Positions 37,847-49,935 of a stretch of 61,088 bases of DNA are shown piece after piece. The notes under the pieces were generated by a model that had not been told where the DNA came from, made no database searches, and saw nothing but the letters and a program-made list of their open reading frames with translations. The position numbers were made by a program, and so were the translations under genes. The first letter of the stretch is position 1. Each line of letters opens with the position of its first letter. Origin of the DNA: Octopus bimaculoides (taxonomy: Eukaryota); NCBI RefSeq assembly GCF_001194135.2, contig NC_068982.1, positions 185,459,978-185,521,065 on the forward strand. The letters run 5' to 3'.

Positions 37847-38693
37847 TCAGGTTGAGTAAAAAGTAAGCAACGTTTTGAACCATGAAGAATTTGTACCAGA
37901 TTTTTGCAGAGTTTTGAATTTTTTAAAAACATTTTCTTGCAATTGTCTGATAATACAGACAAACTTGTCCAAATGATTTTTTTTTTCACCATTGTTACAA
38001 TCATCTGAAATGGAACTGTCAAAGCGTGATATTCGAGCAATTTTGTGATTCAACTTCAAAAAAGTATGTAAAGCAGCTGAAACTGCTCGCAATGTCAACG
38101 AAACGTTTGGTGAGGAAATGACAAGTGAGTGGTCAGCTCACAAATGGTTTAAACAATTTTGTAGTGGAGACCTGAGCCTTGAAGACTGTAAGTGTAGTGG
38201 ACGCCCATCTGTCATCAATGCCGGTCAATTAAAAACCCATGTAAAACCACTCGAGAACTGGCGAAAGAACTTCAAGTTGGCCAGAAAACTGCCTGCAACC
38301 ATTTGCATGCGATTGGAAAATCAAAAAAAAGCTTGACAAATGGGTACCACGTGATTTGAATAAAAATCAGAAAATGCAGATATGAAATTTGCTCATTGCT
38401 TCTTCTCTGTAACCAGACCAATCCATTTCTTGACCGTATTGTAATCTGCGACAAAAAGTGGATTCTGTACAATAATAAAAAACTTTTTTTTGCAGTGGTT
38501 GGACCAAAATGAAGCACCAAAAACCTTCCCTAAACCCAAGCTCTTCAGAAAGAAGGTTATAGTGACAGTTTTGTGGTGTACTGCTGGACTCCTCCACTAC
38601 AACTTCTTAAAACCAGAAAAACCATTACTGCAGAAACATATCACCATGAAATTGCCAAAATGAATGAAAAACTGCTACTCTTCCATCCTAGAC
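37847..38693 (+). mobile_element. Decayed mariner (Hsmar1/cecropia-like) transposon, 3' part lost in a gap
   Basis: TA|TCAGGTTGAGTAAAAAGTAAGCAACGTTTT resembles the Hsmar1-type TIR. Remnants: MELSKRDIRAIL, AAETARNVNETFG, KWFKQFCSGDLSLED..SGRPS, KKLDKWVPRDL, DRIVICDKKWILYNN. Confidence 0.9.
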
Positions 38694-39261
38694 NNNNNNN
38701 NNNNNNNNNNNNNNNNNNNNNNNNNNNNNNNNNNNNNNNNNNNNNNNNNNNNNNNNNNNNNNNNNNNNNNNNNNNNNNNNNNNNNNNNNNNNNNNNNNNN
38801 NNNNNNNNNNNNNNNNNNNNNNNNNNNNNNNNNNNNNNNNNNNNNNNNNNNNNNNNNNNNNNNNNNNNNNNNNNNNNNNNNNNNNNNNNNNNNNNNNNNN
38901 NNNNNNNNNNNNNNNNNNNNNNNNNNNNNNNNNNNNNNNNNNNNNNNNNNNNNNNNNNNNNNNNNNNNNNNNNNNNNNNNNNNNNNNNNNNNNNNNNNNN
39001 NNNNNNNNNNNNNNNNNNNNNNNNNNNNNNNNNNNNNNNNNNNNNNNNNNNNNNNNNNNNNNNNNNNNNNNNNNNNNNNNNNNNNNNNNNNNNNNNNNNN
39101 NNNNNNNNNNNNNNNNNNNNNNNNNNNNNNNNNNNNNNNNNNNNNNNNNNNNNNNNNNNNNNNNNNNNNNNNNNNNNNNNNNNNNNNNNNNNNNNNNNNN
39201 NNNNNNNNNNNNNNNNNNNNNNNNNNNNNNNNNNNNNNNNNNNNNNNNNNNNNNNNNNNNN

Positions 39262-39497
39262 TCCCATGCCAGTGGCACATAAAAAGCACCATTCAAGCAT
39301 GGTCGTTGTCAGTGCTGCCTGACTGGCCCCTGTGCTAGTGGCACGTAAAAGGCACCCACTACACTTGGAGTGGTTGGCGTTAGGATGGACATCCAGCTAT
39401 AGAAGCTTTGCCAGAATGGACTGGAGCTTGGTGCAGCCTCCTGGTTTGCCAGTCTTCAGTCAAACCGTCCAACCCATGCCAGCATGGAAAGCGGACG

Positions 39498-39500
<3 letters not shown>
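39262..39500 (+). mobile_element. RTE 3' tail copy (identical to the inverted copy at 40084-40322)
   Basis: Direct comparison by eye; shares private variants with the second copy. Confidence 0.85.
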
Positions 39501-39536
<36 letters not shown>

Positions 39537-40083
39537 AGCATGGAAGATGGACATCAAGCTTTTCAACCACTCAGCTATGCTGTACCTCCACTTACAAGGT
39601 TTCAGTCAGCCTGAGGCTATGTTAGAAGACATTTGCCCAACATACTATGCAGTCAGTGCATGGATATTTATTTTAGGCCTATATTAATCTATGCTCAGAA
39701 GTATTCCAGCCATGATCATTCTATATTTTTAAGATAGTGTAGTTTGAGTTGAGGATACTTGGCTATTTCCAGCAGGTTGCATAACTATGTAAAAATTCCC
39801 TTGTCTTATGTATACATGATCAGCTGCGTTATTAGTTAAAAGCAAGCAAGCATTCAGTAGAGTAATGTACATAGGGTGGACAACAAATCAAATAAAGCAA
39901 GGGAGAGGGGTTAAAAAATCATTGATTCCATATTACCTGAGGATAAGGTAGAAGGGGTTATGAGTAATAGTGATGTGGCTGATGGCAGAAGTCATTTGGT
40001 GGTCACTATCTAAAAAAAGTACCAAAAGTACTGGACCTTGATATAAACAACTGAGGACAGAAACTAACATCATCATCATCTTT

Positions 40084-40322
40084 TAACGTCCGCTTTCCAT
40101 GCTGGCATGGGTTGGACGGTTTGACTGAAGACTGGCAAACCAGGAGGCTGCACCAAGCTCCAGTCCATTCTGGCAAAGCTTCTATAGCTGGATGTCCATC
40201 CTAACGCCAACCACTCCAAGTGTAGTGGGTGCCTTTTACGTGCCACTAGCACAGGGGCCAGTCAGGCAGCACTGACAACGACCATGCTTGAATGGTGCTT
40301 TTTATGTGCCACTGGCATGGGA
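40084..40322 (-). mobile_element. RTE 3' tail copy
   Basis: (CAT)n followed by TAACGTCCGCTTTCCATGCTGGCATGGG... Confidence 0.85.
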
Positions 40323-40519
40323 GTCAGTCTCGTGGCACAACAGAGAAGAACAATTTATTGCTGATACTAAGACTTTCTATAACAATGACTTAAAAACAGG
40401 AATCAGCATCTCCCTCAAATCCCAATCTACTAAATTATAAGAAACATAAAGATACATTAATGAGGTCTTCGATATACTAGAGAACGAAACAACAGGCTGA
40501 TCATATAAGCAACACATTT

Positions 40520-42008
40520 GAATGGTTAGTGAGAGCCATGTACAGAATGGTTAGTGAGAGCTGTGCGAGCCATGTACAGAGATGCTGCCAGTAAGGTGAG
40601 GGTTGGAAATGAGTACAGCAATGAATTCCGGGTAGAGGTAGGGGTCCACCAAGGTTCCGTCCTCAGCCCCCTCTTATTTACCATAGTCCTCCAGGCAATC
40701 ACAGAGGAGTTCAAGACAGGTTGCCCCTGGGAGCTCCTCTATGCTGATGACCTTGCCCTAATTGCGGAGTCACTATCAGAACTAGAGGAGAAGTTTCAGG
40801 TGTGGAAGCAAGGTCTAGAATTGAAGGGCCTTAGAGTCAACCTAGCTAAAACCAAAATCCTAATAAGTAGGAAGGTAGANNNNNNNNNNNNNNNNNNNNN
40901 NNNNNNNNNNNNNNNNNNNNNNNNNNNNNNNNNNNNNNNNNNNNNNNNNNNNNNNNNNNNNNNNNNNNNNNNNNNNNNNNNNNNNNNNNNNNNNNNNNNN
41001 NNNNNNNNNNNNNNNNNNNNNNNNNNNNNNNNNNNNNNNNNNNNNNNNNNNNNNNNNNNNNNNNNNNNNNNNNNNNNNNNNNNNNNNNNNNNNNNNNNNN
41101 NNNNNNNNNNNNNNNNNNNNNNNNNNNNNNNNNNNNNNNNNNNNNNNNNNNNNNNNNNNNNNNNNNNNNNNNNNNNNNNNNNNNNNNNNNNNNNNNNNNN
41201 NNNNNNNNNNNNNNNNNNNNNNNNNNNNNNNNNNNNNNNNNNNNNNNNNNNNNNNNNNNNNNNNNNNNNNNNNNNNNNNNNNNNNNNNNNNNNNNNNNNN
41301 NNNNNNNNNNNNNNNNNNNNNNNNNNNNNNNNNNNNNNNNNNNNNNNNNNNNNNNNNNNNNNNNNNNNNNNNNNNNNNNNNNNNNNNNNNNNNNNNNNNN
41401 NNNNNNNNNNNNNNNNNNNNNNNNNNNNNNNNNNNNNNNNNNNNNNNNNNNNNNNNNNNNNNNNNNNNNNNNNNNNNNNNNNNNNNNNNNNNNNNNNNNN
41501 NNNNNNNNNNNNNNNNNNNNNNNNNNNNNNNNNNNNNNNNNNNNNNNNNNNNNNNNNNNNNNNNNNNNNNNNNNNNNNNNNNNNNNNNNNNNNNNNNNNN
41601 NNNNNNNNNNNNNNNNNNNNNNNNNNNNNNNNNNNNNNNNNNNNNNNNNNNNNNNNNNNNNNNNNNNNNNNNNNNNNNNNNNNNNNNNNNNNNNNNNNNN
41701 NNNNNNNNNNNNNNNNNNNNNNNNNNNNNNNNNNNNNNNNNNNNNNNNNNNNNNNNNNNNNNNNNNNNNNNNNNNNNNNNNNATAAAAAACACCATTTCG
41801 AGCGTGGCCGTTTTCGTGCGGGTGACACGTAAAAGCACCCACTACACTCTCTGAGTGGTTGGCGTTAGGAAGGGCATCCAGCTGTAGAAACTCTGCCAAA
41901 TCAGATTGGAGCCTGGTGTTGCCATCCGGTTTCACCAGTCCTCAGTCAAATCGTCCAACCCATGCTAGCATGGAAAGCGGACGTTAAACGATGATGATGA
42001 TGATGATC
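40520..42008 (+). mobile_element. 5'-truncated RTE-clade LINE (RT fragment, gap, 3' UTR with (GAT)n tail)
   Basis: EWLVRAVRAMYRD...GVHQGSVLSPLLFTIVL...LLYADDLAL...GLRVNLAKTK is the non-LTR RT QG..LSP.LF/YADD signature; the 3' UTR after the gap ends GGACGTTAAACGATGATGATG. Confidence 0.9.
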
Positions 42009-45000
42009 AGAGGTTTGCTCGAAAAGGGCTAAACTTGCCATGCAATTTTAATGTTTAGTTAAATTCTGGTATCTTACTGGTACACATGCTATATATAACT
42101 TGGTGTCTGTGTATAATGGCACATGAGCGGTGTGAAGTCATAATTATTGTACTCATACACATGTTTGTGTGTGTGTACGACAGTAGGACTTTAAATGCAA
42201 GCCTAGTGTGTGTGGGGGGGGGGCTGGTAACCAGGGCAAAATGGGTAATTTCTGATTTCTCATTATCTTCTCCCTACTTGTTTGAAATCATTATATTGCG
42301 AATATTGTTTCATCATTTTGTTACATCATCTTTGGGAGTAAAAATTGGTCAACGTCGNNNNNNNNNNNNNNNNNNNNNNNNNNNNNNNNNNNNNNNNNNN
42401 NNNNNNNNNNNNNNNNNNNNNNNNNNNNNNNNNNNNNNNNNNNNNNNNNNNNNNNNNNNNNNNNNNNNNNNNNNNNNNNNNNNNNNNNNNNNNNNNNNNN
42501 NNNNNNNNNNNNNNNNNNNNNNNNNNNNNNNNNNNNNNNNNNNNNNNNNNNNNNNNNNNNNNNNNNNNNNNNNNNNNNNNNNNNNNNNNNNNNNNNNNNN
42601 NNNNNNNNNNNNNNNNNNNNNNNNNNNNNNNNNNNNNNNNNNNNNNNNNNNNNNNNNNNNNNNNNNNNNNNNNNNNNNNNNNNNNNNNNNNNNNNNNNNN
42701 NNNNNNNNNNNNNNNNNNNNNNNNNNNNNNNNNNNNNNNNNNNNNNNNNNNNNNNNNNNNNNNNNNNNNNNNNNNNNNNNNNNNNNNNNNNNNNNNNNNN
42801 NNNNNNNNNNNNNNNNNNNNNNNNNNNNNNNNNNNNNNNNNNNNNNNNNNNNNNNNNNNNNNNNNNNNNNNNNNNNNNNNNNNNNNNNNNNNNNNNNNNN
42901 NNNNNNNNNNNNNNNNNNNNNNNNNNNNNNNATATGCGCAAAAGGGAACGGTGATAATTTTCTGAAATAGTATTTTTAATGCGCTTAGAGAGGGTCATTT
43001 GTTTAGCTGATATATTTTTGTAATGTTGTGAACATCCGAAAGAATTTTTTTTTTCTTCGAAGTAAAAAATGCAATAAATCTTACTCATTGTGCCCAACCC
43101 CATAACGTGGCAGCTAGGGTTTATATAATAGGGGTTTAGGAGTCTTCACACGAGAGAAAGAGACTTTCACAAACAGAGTATGAAGCAACTGGTCGCTCGA
43201 ACTGTTAGAAAAATCAACCAAATCTTTCTCAAATCACATTATCACCTTAATTAAAGCGTAATATCCTGGAAAACGTGGTCAGCCTCCTCACAGACTGGAT
43301 GGACACGGTTAGAATGCCTTCGATAATAAGTTTGTTTTAAATCAGCATCGAACTGGGGTTACATATCAAAAGAATGTTGTTTAAATTTAAATAAAAGAAG
43401 AATCAGAAATGATAAAATGACATTACCATATTGTTTAGTTTGAAGTCCTTCTTCCGAGAACTGGAATGCTGAGGAGTGTGCAACGTAGACGGAAGTGACA
43501 CTTTACGCCCTCTCACTTAAGTAGATACGTATACAAACAAGGTAGATAACTCTGTCCACAGATGTCGAATGTGCGCATATGATCAAGTGAAGAGTTGCTA
43601 CATGGTAGCTGAACCTGCTAGAAATAACAGTCAAATCTTCCTCGATTCATATCCTACTGACAGCAAGAGGTATTTTTCTGCGACGTCTGTATAAGCACAT
43701 CATCACTTTCTACATGGAGAAATTCCAATGTCAGAGAAATTCTGGAACTTCTGGTACTCTCTAAACCTCGTTTGGTCCTCACAACTTGGATTTATTCCTA
43801 AGACCAACTGCTGTAGCCAATTCATCTAATTTCCTGAAGACATCACTCAAACTACAGATGGCGGCTCATGGGTGGTTGTTATCCATTTTGACACCACCAA
43901 AATCTTTAATTCTGTGCCAAAACCATTGCTTGTTGAGTATTCTCAGGTCAGTTGACACAGTAAAGTGAACGTTGCCTTTACTTCTATCATAGAGTAGACC
44001 TCTGATATCTAGGCAGATGACAATTATCACTGATGCTTAACCCTAGTCAGCCCTGATCCAGCAGACATATGGTCAAACGCATTTCCAGCTGTGATCAGAC
44101 AGTCTTATTTTCAGATGTAGACATTATCAAATATGTCCTTTTTATTTTAACATGGTAGGGTTTAATATGAAAGAGAGCTTTGACTGCTATTTCTATAACA
44201 GGTTCAGTTTCAGACAATCCATCGTTAGTTTAGTACAATTCTATTTCTCTGTATATGTATGTATGTACATGTGTATATGCATACAAGCGTATATGCACAT
44301 ATGTATGTATTTTCTAAAATTTATTAAATTTCTTTGTAGATGTCAAGCCAGTCATTAACAAAGTGGCAAGGTTCTTGAATTTGATTCAAAACATTTAGAT
44401 AATTCCTTGTGTTTGTGAATTAATCTATCCTTATATGTAAGTGCATGTGTAGGTGTACTTGCATTCATTTAATAGTGTGCATGTTTCTTTTGTACACAAG
44501 TACATGTTTCATTACTCTTATGTATGTACATATTTTCATTACTCTGTATATTAACATATGCACATGATTGTATACATGCATTAATTTCAGGAAACTCAGA
44601 TGGAAAATCTCTGGAACATTTTACAAATCTTTCCTATACAACTATTCAATGGTATTTGGAGGATGTGAGTTAGCTTCTATTGTTCTTTCTCGGAGAACTC
44701 TAGCTTTATGAGGCTTTTGTGTAAATCTGTTGTTATAATACCCCTGATAGCCTATGGTAAAAATCATTTATCCCCCTCTCCCTTCATTTTATGTTGACCT
44801 TTCTATGCTGGCGTGGTGAGATGGTCTTTCTGAGGCAGTGTTTTATGGTTGTCCTTCTTGTTGCCAAGCCATTTAAATGCCTTTTGTGACACACAGAGGT
44901 GCAATGTACCTATTCAGAAACTGGAGTACATATGGTACACATCTATAACAGATACAAATGGAAATCTATAGTCTGGATACTAGAGCCTGCAGTTCCTCAT

Positions 45001-45419
45001 TAACTCACCATAAACGTTCTCCATTCCTCCAATTTTAGACAAGACATTCACAGCTGTTGGGTAGCTGATCTCTATGACAGTGCATGATTGTTCCATAGAA
45101 TATCACCAGGCCTATTGAGTTTGCATTGAGATGTTTATACTGAAATTGTAAGGACTGTGCGATCAGGAGTGGTGATGAGGAATGGCTCCTTTAGTACATT
45201 GCACGGTCGATGCAAATAAAAAATATGAAAGGAGGATAGATACATCACATCTCACCTAGAAGGCTATGTCTTTGTTATCCAAGAACAGGAGATGGCTACT
45301 AGAGACCTGATTAATGAGGGATAAGGATGACAGACAGAAAACCTCCATATTGTGGTAGAAAGTGTTAGCTGTGCCACATCCGTGTGGAATATAGCAGCTA
45401 TTCAAAAATATTCAATGAA

Positions 45420-48238
45420 ATATGACACTTGCTAAAACCATCTACAATGTTATTTGTTGGATGCAGTGTCTTAATGTTCATATCAAACACACATTTTTAA
45501 AGATAAATAACTCTGTTGGAACATTCTGTAGCATACGCCTTAAGGGATACTTCTCTCTCTCTCTCTGAGAGCTACTTAATCCGGTAGAATTTCTTCTGTT
45601 CCTGTTCCTAAACATATAATTGTGGTAATTAGGTCTTTGTTTCATACTATTTTTAGCTGCACCCACATATACCCTATTATCATATTTTGTATTTACTACA
45701 CATTGGTATACTACCTCCTTTCTCATGCAGCTATTTTCGAGCATACAATTTTCACTTATTCTACAATTACAAATTTTACTTTGGTGCACATAGTTAATGT
45801 GACTGGTGTTAAAATTTGCCATGCTATTGCTATTTATTCGGTTTCTGTTGATCCCCAAGACGCTGCTATTCCTAATACTATTGTTATTATCAATGTTAGT
45901 ATTCCTACTATTATTATTATTATTAATATTAATACTTCTATTGTTACTTGTACTATTATTATTATTTTTATTGTTTATGTTAATGTTATTGTTTCCAGTA
46001 TCAATATTAATATCATCATTACCATTACTATGATTATTATTATTATAGCTAATATTGTTGCTTTATATGTTTGTGTTGTCTATGTTATTTTTCCTACTAT
46101 CTAGTTTTCTATTGTTAATTGAGGAAATTATGGTAGCCAGGTTGTGCATTGGGCTATATCCTATTCTTACTGTTCTATTATTAATTAACTCCCAATATTT
46201 ATTTTTTCCTCTTACAAAGTGTTTATTGATTATACTGAAGATTGTTTTTACTATGTCATTTTTGATCTGCATGGCGAAGGGGATTATTAGCCACAGAGTG
46301 TCTACCCCATTATTGTCCTTATAAGGGTTGCCTAGATTATGTGTGGATCTTCCGGTATTATACTTTCTAATATTATATTTAATATTATTCTTCATGTTAC
46401 CGTTTTTGTTGCTGTTATTCCTATCATCACTATTGTTTTTAAAGTCGTTATTTCGTCCACAATTATTATCAGTATCATCATTATTACCACCATTACCAAC
46501 AACTCTATTTGCAATGCTCTTATTCCTATTGCTTTCATTACTATTATTTCTCACTGGTTGTCTTGTCCTATTTTTAATATTTTTCCTATTACTATTACTA
46601 ATGTCATTATTACCATTACTGTTGCCACAACCATTAATTTTGTTTTTATTTCTGTTTTTGGCATGCTACATTTGGCAAAATTATTCATTTTGGAGGGAGT
46701 TGTTCCATCCTGACTATTATGGTTATTATTGTTATTGGGGATGTATTTTATTCTATCCTTATATCCTGCATTTTTTAGTGCCACATTGTATCTCTCCTTA
46801 TGTTTATTGAAAATCTCTTCATTAGAGGAGAGGTTTGAAATTCTTTTACTTATATTCAGTAGTAGTGCTTTTTTTATTTGTGGGGGATGGTTACTAGAAC
46901 TATCTATATATCTTAGATTAGAATTTTCCTTTATATATGGCTCATGTAGTCCAGTATTTAGGTTGCAATTTACATCTAAATAATTTATAGAATAGTTTTC
47001 ATTTTCAATAGTTATGGATAGGCCAAACCTATTAAAGAATTTGTGTAGGTGTTTTTTAAGTAACTCAAGACGCCTATTCGAAATGTTTTCAACCAAAAAT
47101 AATGCGTCGTCTCTTTTGAGACCTCCAGTTAATTCAGGAAATTCCCTACTTATATTGTCTAAAATATAAAGACCTACCAGGTCAGTTGTTTCCGATGAGT
47201 CTGGCGATCCCATTGTAATATCAAAGAGGTTGGGTGTGTCTTTTCTTGCCCATAGCTTGTTATCAAATTCGATAACAGTCTTCCGGGCAGTGAGTATTAC
47301 TTTTATTTCCCTCATACTCAGGTTAGTGTGTCTTTTTGCGAAAATGAGAGCGCTATTGAGGACTACTGGGTTTATAGATGCATAGTAGTTTTGAATATCA
47401 ATTTGGATTAGTCTAAGGTTATGTCTATTTCCTATCTGTATTTTGGAGAACCAATTCAATGCTCCTTGTGGTTTTTCCAGAAGTTTAGTTTGACCTTGTT
47501 CCTAATTGTTGGTAGGTATTTATCTAGTATTATTTTACTAAGGTTTCCTAAATCCGATTTGTTGGCACAAATTAGTCTAACCTGTGTTTTGTTGGGGAAA
47601 TTCTCCTGTTGATCCTTAATAGTTATACGTGGTCTAATAGGAATAAACAGTTCAATTTTATCACCTAGATTGAAATCCAGCATAACATTCCTGGCTTCCA
47701 AGTTTAACTACCTTAGAGTAGTGTTAGGTAAAACCTTATATTTTTTGTTATTTCCCTATATATTAGTTCATGGTACGTGTATGTTTCAATATCATATAAG
47801 TTCCCTGTTTTGTCTGAATGCGTTAGAATACCATTTTTGGTATCTAGAGTTCTTATCAGTTCCTTCAATTTTCTTTGGTAGGGATTATGCCTGACGGGGT
47901 GGTTCTTAAACTTGATGTTTTTCACTGTATTCCATAGTTCATGTTCAAAATCATCCAGGTGCTTGTTGGCTGGTGGCGCTTATCTAGATTTAAATATATG
48001 TTTATTAAGTTTCTGCATTTCATTGCTATTATTTCTGGTGTAGTTGTGTTTGTTATGAGTTTCCGGGTCCAACTGGGTAATCTTTCCTATCCTGATGATG
48101 TATCCTCCAACGAATTCTATGAATGAATTCATTTATTATGAAGATTAGTTCTTTAATATATGTGTCCTTAGGTGGGATAGGTATGTCTTTAAGTGATGAG
48201 CCCATCCTTATCAATTCCATTTTACCAGCAGTGATCAT
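45420..48238 (-). mobile_element. Penelope-like element, near full-length ORF (RT plus GIY-YIG endonuclease), decayed
   Basis: In order: SLKDIPIP..Y...IRWR (N-terminus); SDKTGNLY; ITIKDQQENFPNK..RLI; DIQNYYASI; MGS...LVGLYIL...KRDD; INYLDV; SSNHPPQI; linker WLIIPF...KHF...VRIGYS.M.NL..II; CNCR...C.L...C...VVYQCVV...VYVG...KQR...H (GIY-YIG). Several frameshifts and stops. Confidence 0.92.
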
Positions 48239-48345
48239 TTTGAGGGTCTATTATATTATATTATATCCAGATGTATACACTTTCGTAAGCAATGTTGGAC
48301 ACAATGCAAAGATATGCTATATATATATAATATATATTATATATA

Positions 48346-48530
48346 TATGCAGGTGGCACGTAAAAAGCACCCACTACACTCTCAGAGTGGTTGGCTTTAG
48401 GAAGGGCATCCAGCTATAGTAACTCTGCCAGATCAGATTGGAGTAGCCATCTGATTCGCCAGTTCCCAGTCAAATCGTCCAAACCAATACTAGCATGGAA
48501 AATGGACGTTAAATTATGATGATGATGATG
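48346..48530 (+). mobile_element. RTE/SINE tail copy inserted upstream of the Penelope ORF
   Basis: GCAGGTGGCACGTAAAAAGCACCC...GGACGTTAAATTATGATGATG. Confidence 0.75.
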
Positions 48531-48647
48531 TTGATATATACACATATACATATACACATATACACACACACAAATACATATATATATACACATATACATA
48601 TATATATATATATAAAACAAATAATAAATGAGAATATGCTTATATGC

Positions 48648-48680
<33 letters not shown>

Positions 48681-48869
48681 AAACAGCCAGGCACAATGTG
48701 ATACCATAAAAGGAAAATAGAATCATCACTAAGTGTGCCGAATCGTCACTTAGGGTGCCGGAGCACCTACGTTGCTAGAAATAAGAATTAAAATACTCTT
48801 AATACTGTAAGAGTGCAAATACATACATATACTGACAGGGGATGAACCTTCCATGACCGTCTTCAGGAA

Positions 48870-48920
48870 CAACAAAACTAGGCCCAGTTTCATCTATACT
48901 GTAGACATCGTCAGTGGTGA
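48870..48920 (-). ncRNA. Decayed minimal hammerhead ribozyme upstream of, and co-oriented with, the Penelope ORF
   Basis: CUGACGA-U-GUCUA-CAGUA-UAGAU-GAA-ACUGGGCCUAGU-U. Core intact, stem III near-palindromic, stem I poorly paired. Confidence 0.55.
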
Positions 48921-49299
48921 CTGCTTATGGTCAGCTGTCTGCCATATATATATATATATATCTTAAAAATTTATGTCAGTATATGTATATATTTGCGCTC
49001 TTCTTACAGAATCAGGAGTATTTTAACTCTGAGTGCTTTGGCACACTTGATGACAACTGAATTTTCCCTTTATGGTAGCACATTGCACCTGGCTGTTTAT
49101 ATTAATTTTTAGGACATGCATTAGCATTTTCCTAAAACATCCATTAATTTTTATGGTAAATATATATGCTGGTAGACGGAATTAGCTGACCATGAGCCAT
49201 TTGAGCAGTCACCACAGACGATGTTAACGGTACAGACGAAACTAAGTCCACTCTGAATTATCTTGGAGACAGTCATGGGGAGGTTACCTCCCCTGTGTT

Positions 49300-49338
<39 letters not shown>

Positions 49339-49833
49339 TGCCACTTAAGTGTGGCTGACCCCTAGGGGTGGATGTTACTGTTGCTTTTAGCCCCAGGAGG
49401 ACATCTCCTCCAGCTGGCTTATCGACACACGACTGTGTCCTGTTTGCCTGGCAAACAGGACACAGTTATCGACACACGACTGTNNNNNNNNNNNNNNNNN
49501 NNNNNNNNNNNNNNNNNNNNNNNNNNNNNNNNNNNNNNNNNNNNNNNNNNNNNNNNNNNNNNNNNNNNNNNNNNNNNNNNNNNNNNNNNNNNNNNNNNNN
49601 NNNNNNNNNNNNNNNNNNNNNNNNNNNNNNNNNNNNNNNNNNNNNNNNNNNNNNNNNNNNNNNNNNNNNNNNNNNNNNNNNNNNNNNNNGAAGGACCGGA
49701 GAGATTATGTCCGGGTGGAGAATTATAACAGATATAGTACTATACAAAATACCGAAAGGATCTTCACCTCTTGCATCACACATTTCTTCTTACTTCAACG
49801 TCGAGATGGTATAATTTCCTGGGAGAGAGATAA

Positions 49834-49935
49834 TTTTGCGGCTGAAGATAGCTTTACATTGTAGATTATACACATATTATATTATGTTATATTATATTAT
49901 ACACATGTAGAGCTTGAAACACGTGTACCGCGGAA
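49834..49935 (+). ncRNA. Minimal type I hammerhead ribozyme with extended stem II
   Basis: UUUUGCGG-CUGAAGA-U-AGCUUUACAU...AUGUAGAGCU-U-GAA-ACACGUGU-A/CCGCGGAA. Stem I has 8 bp, stem III ACACGUGU is a perfect palindrome, and the cleavage triplet is GUA. Confidence 0.8.

Noticed and set aside
45622-46983. + strand Ile/Leu-rich ORFs that look like membrane proteins
   Set aside because: Antisense shadows of the Asn-rich Penelope regions.
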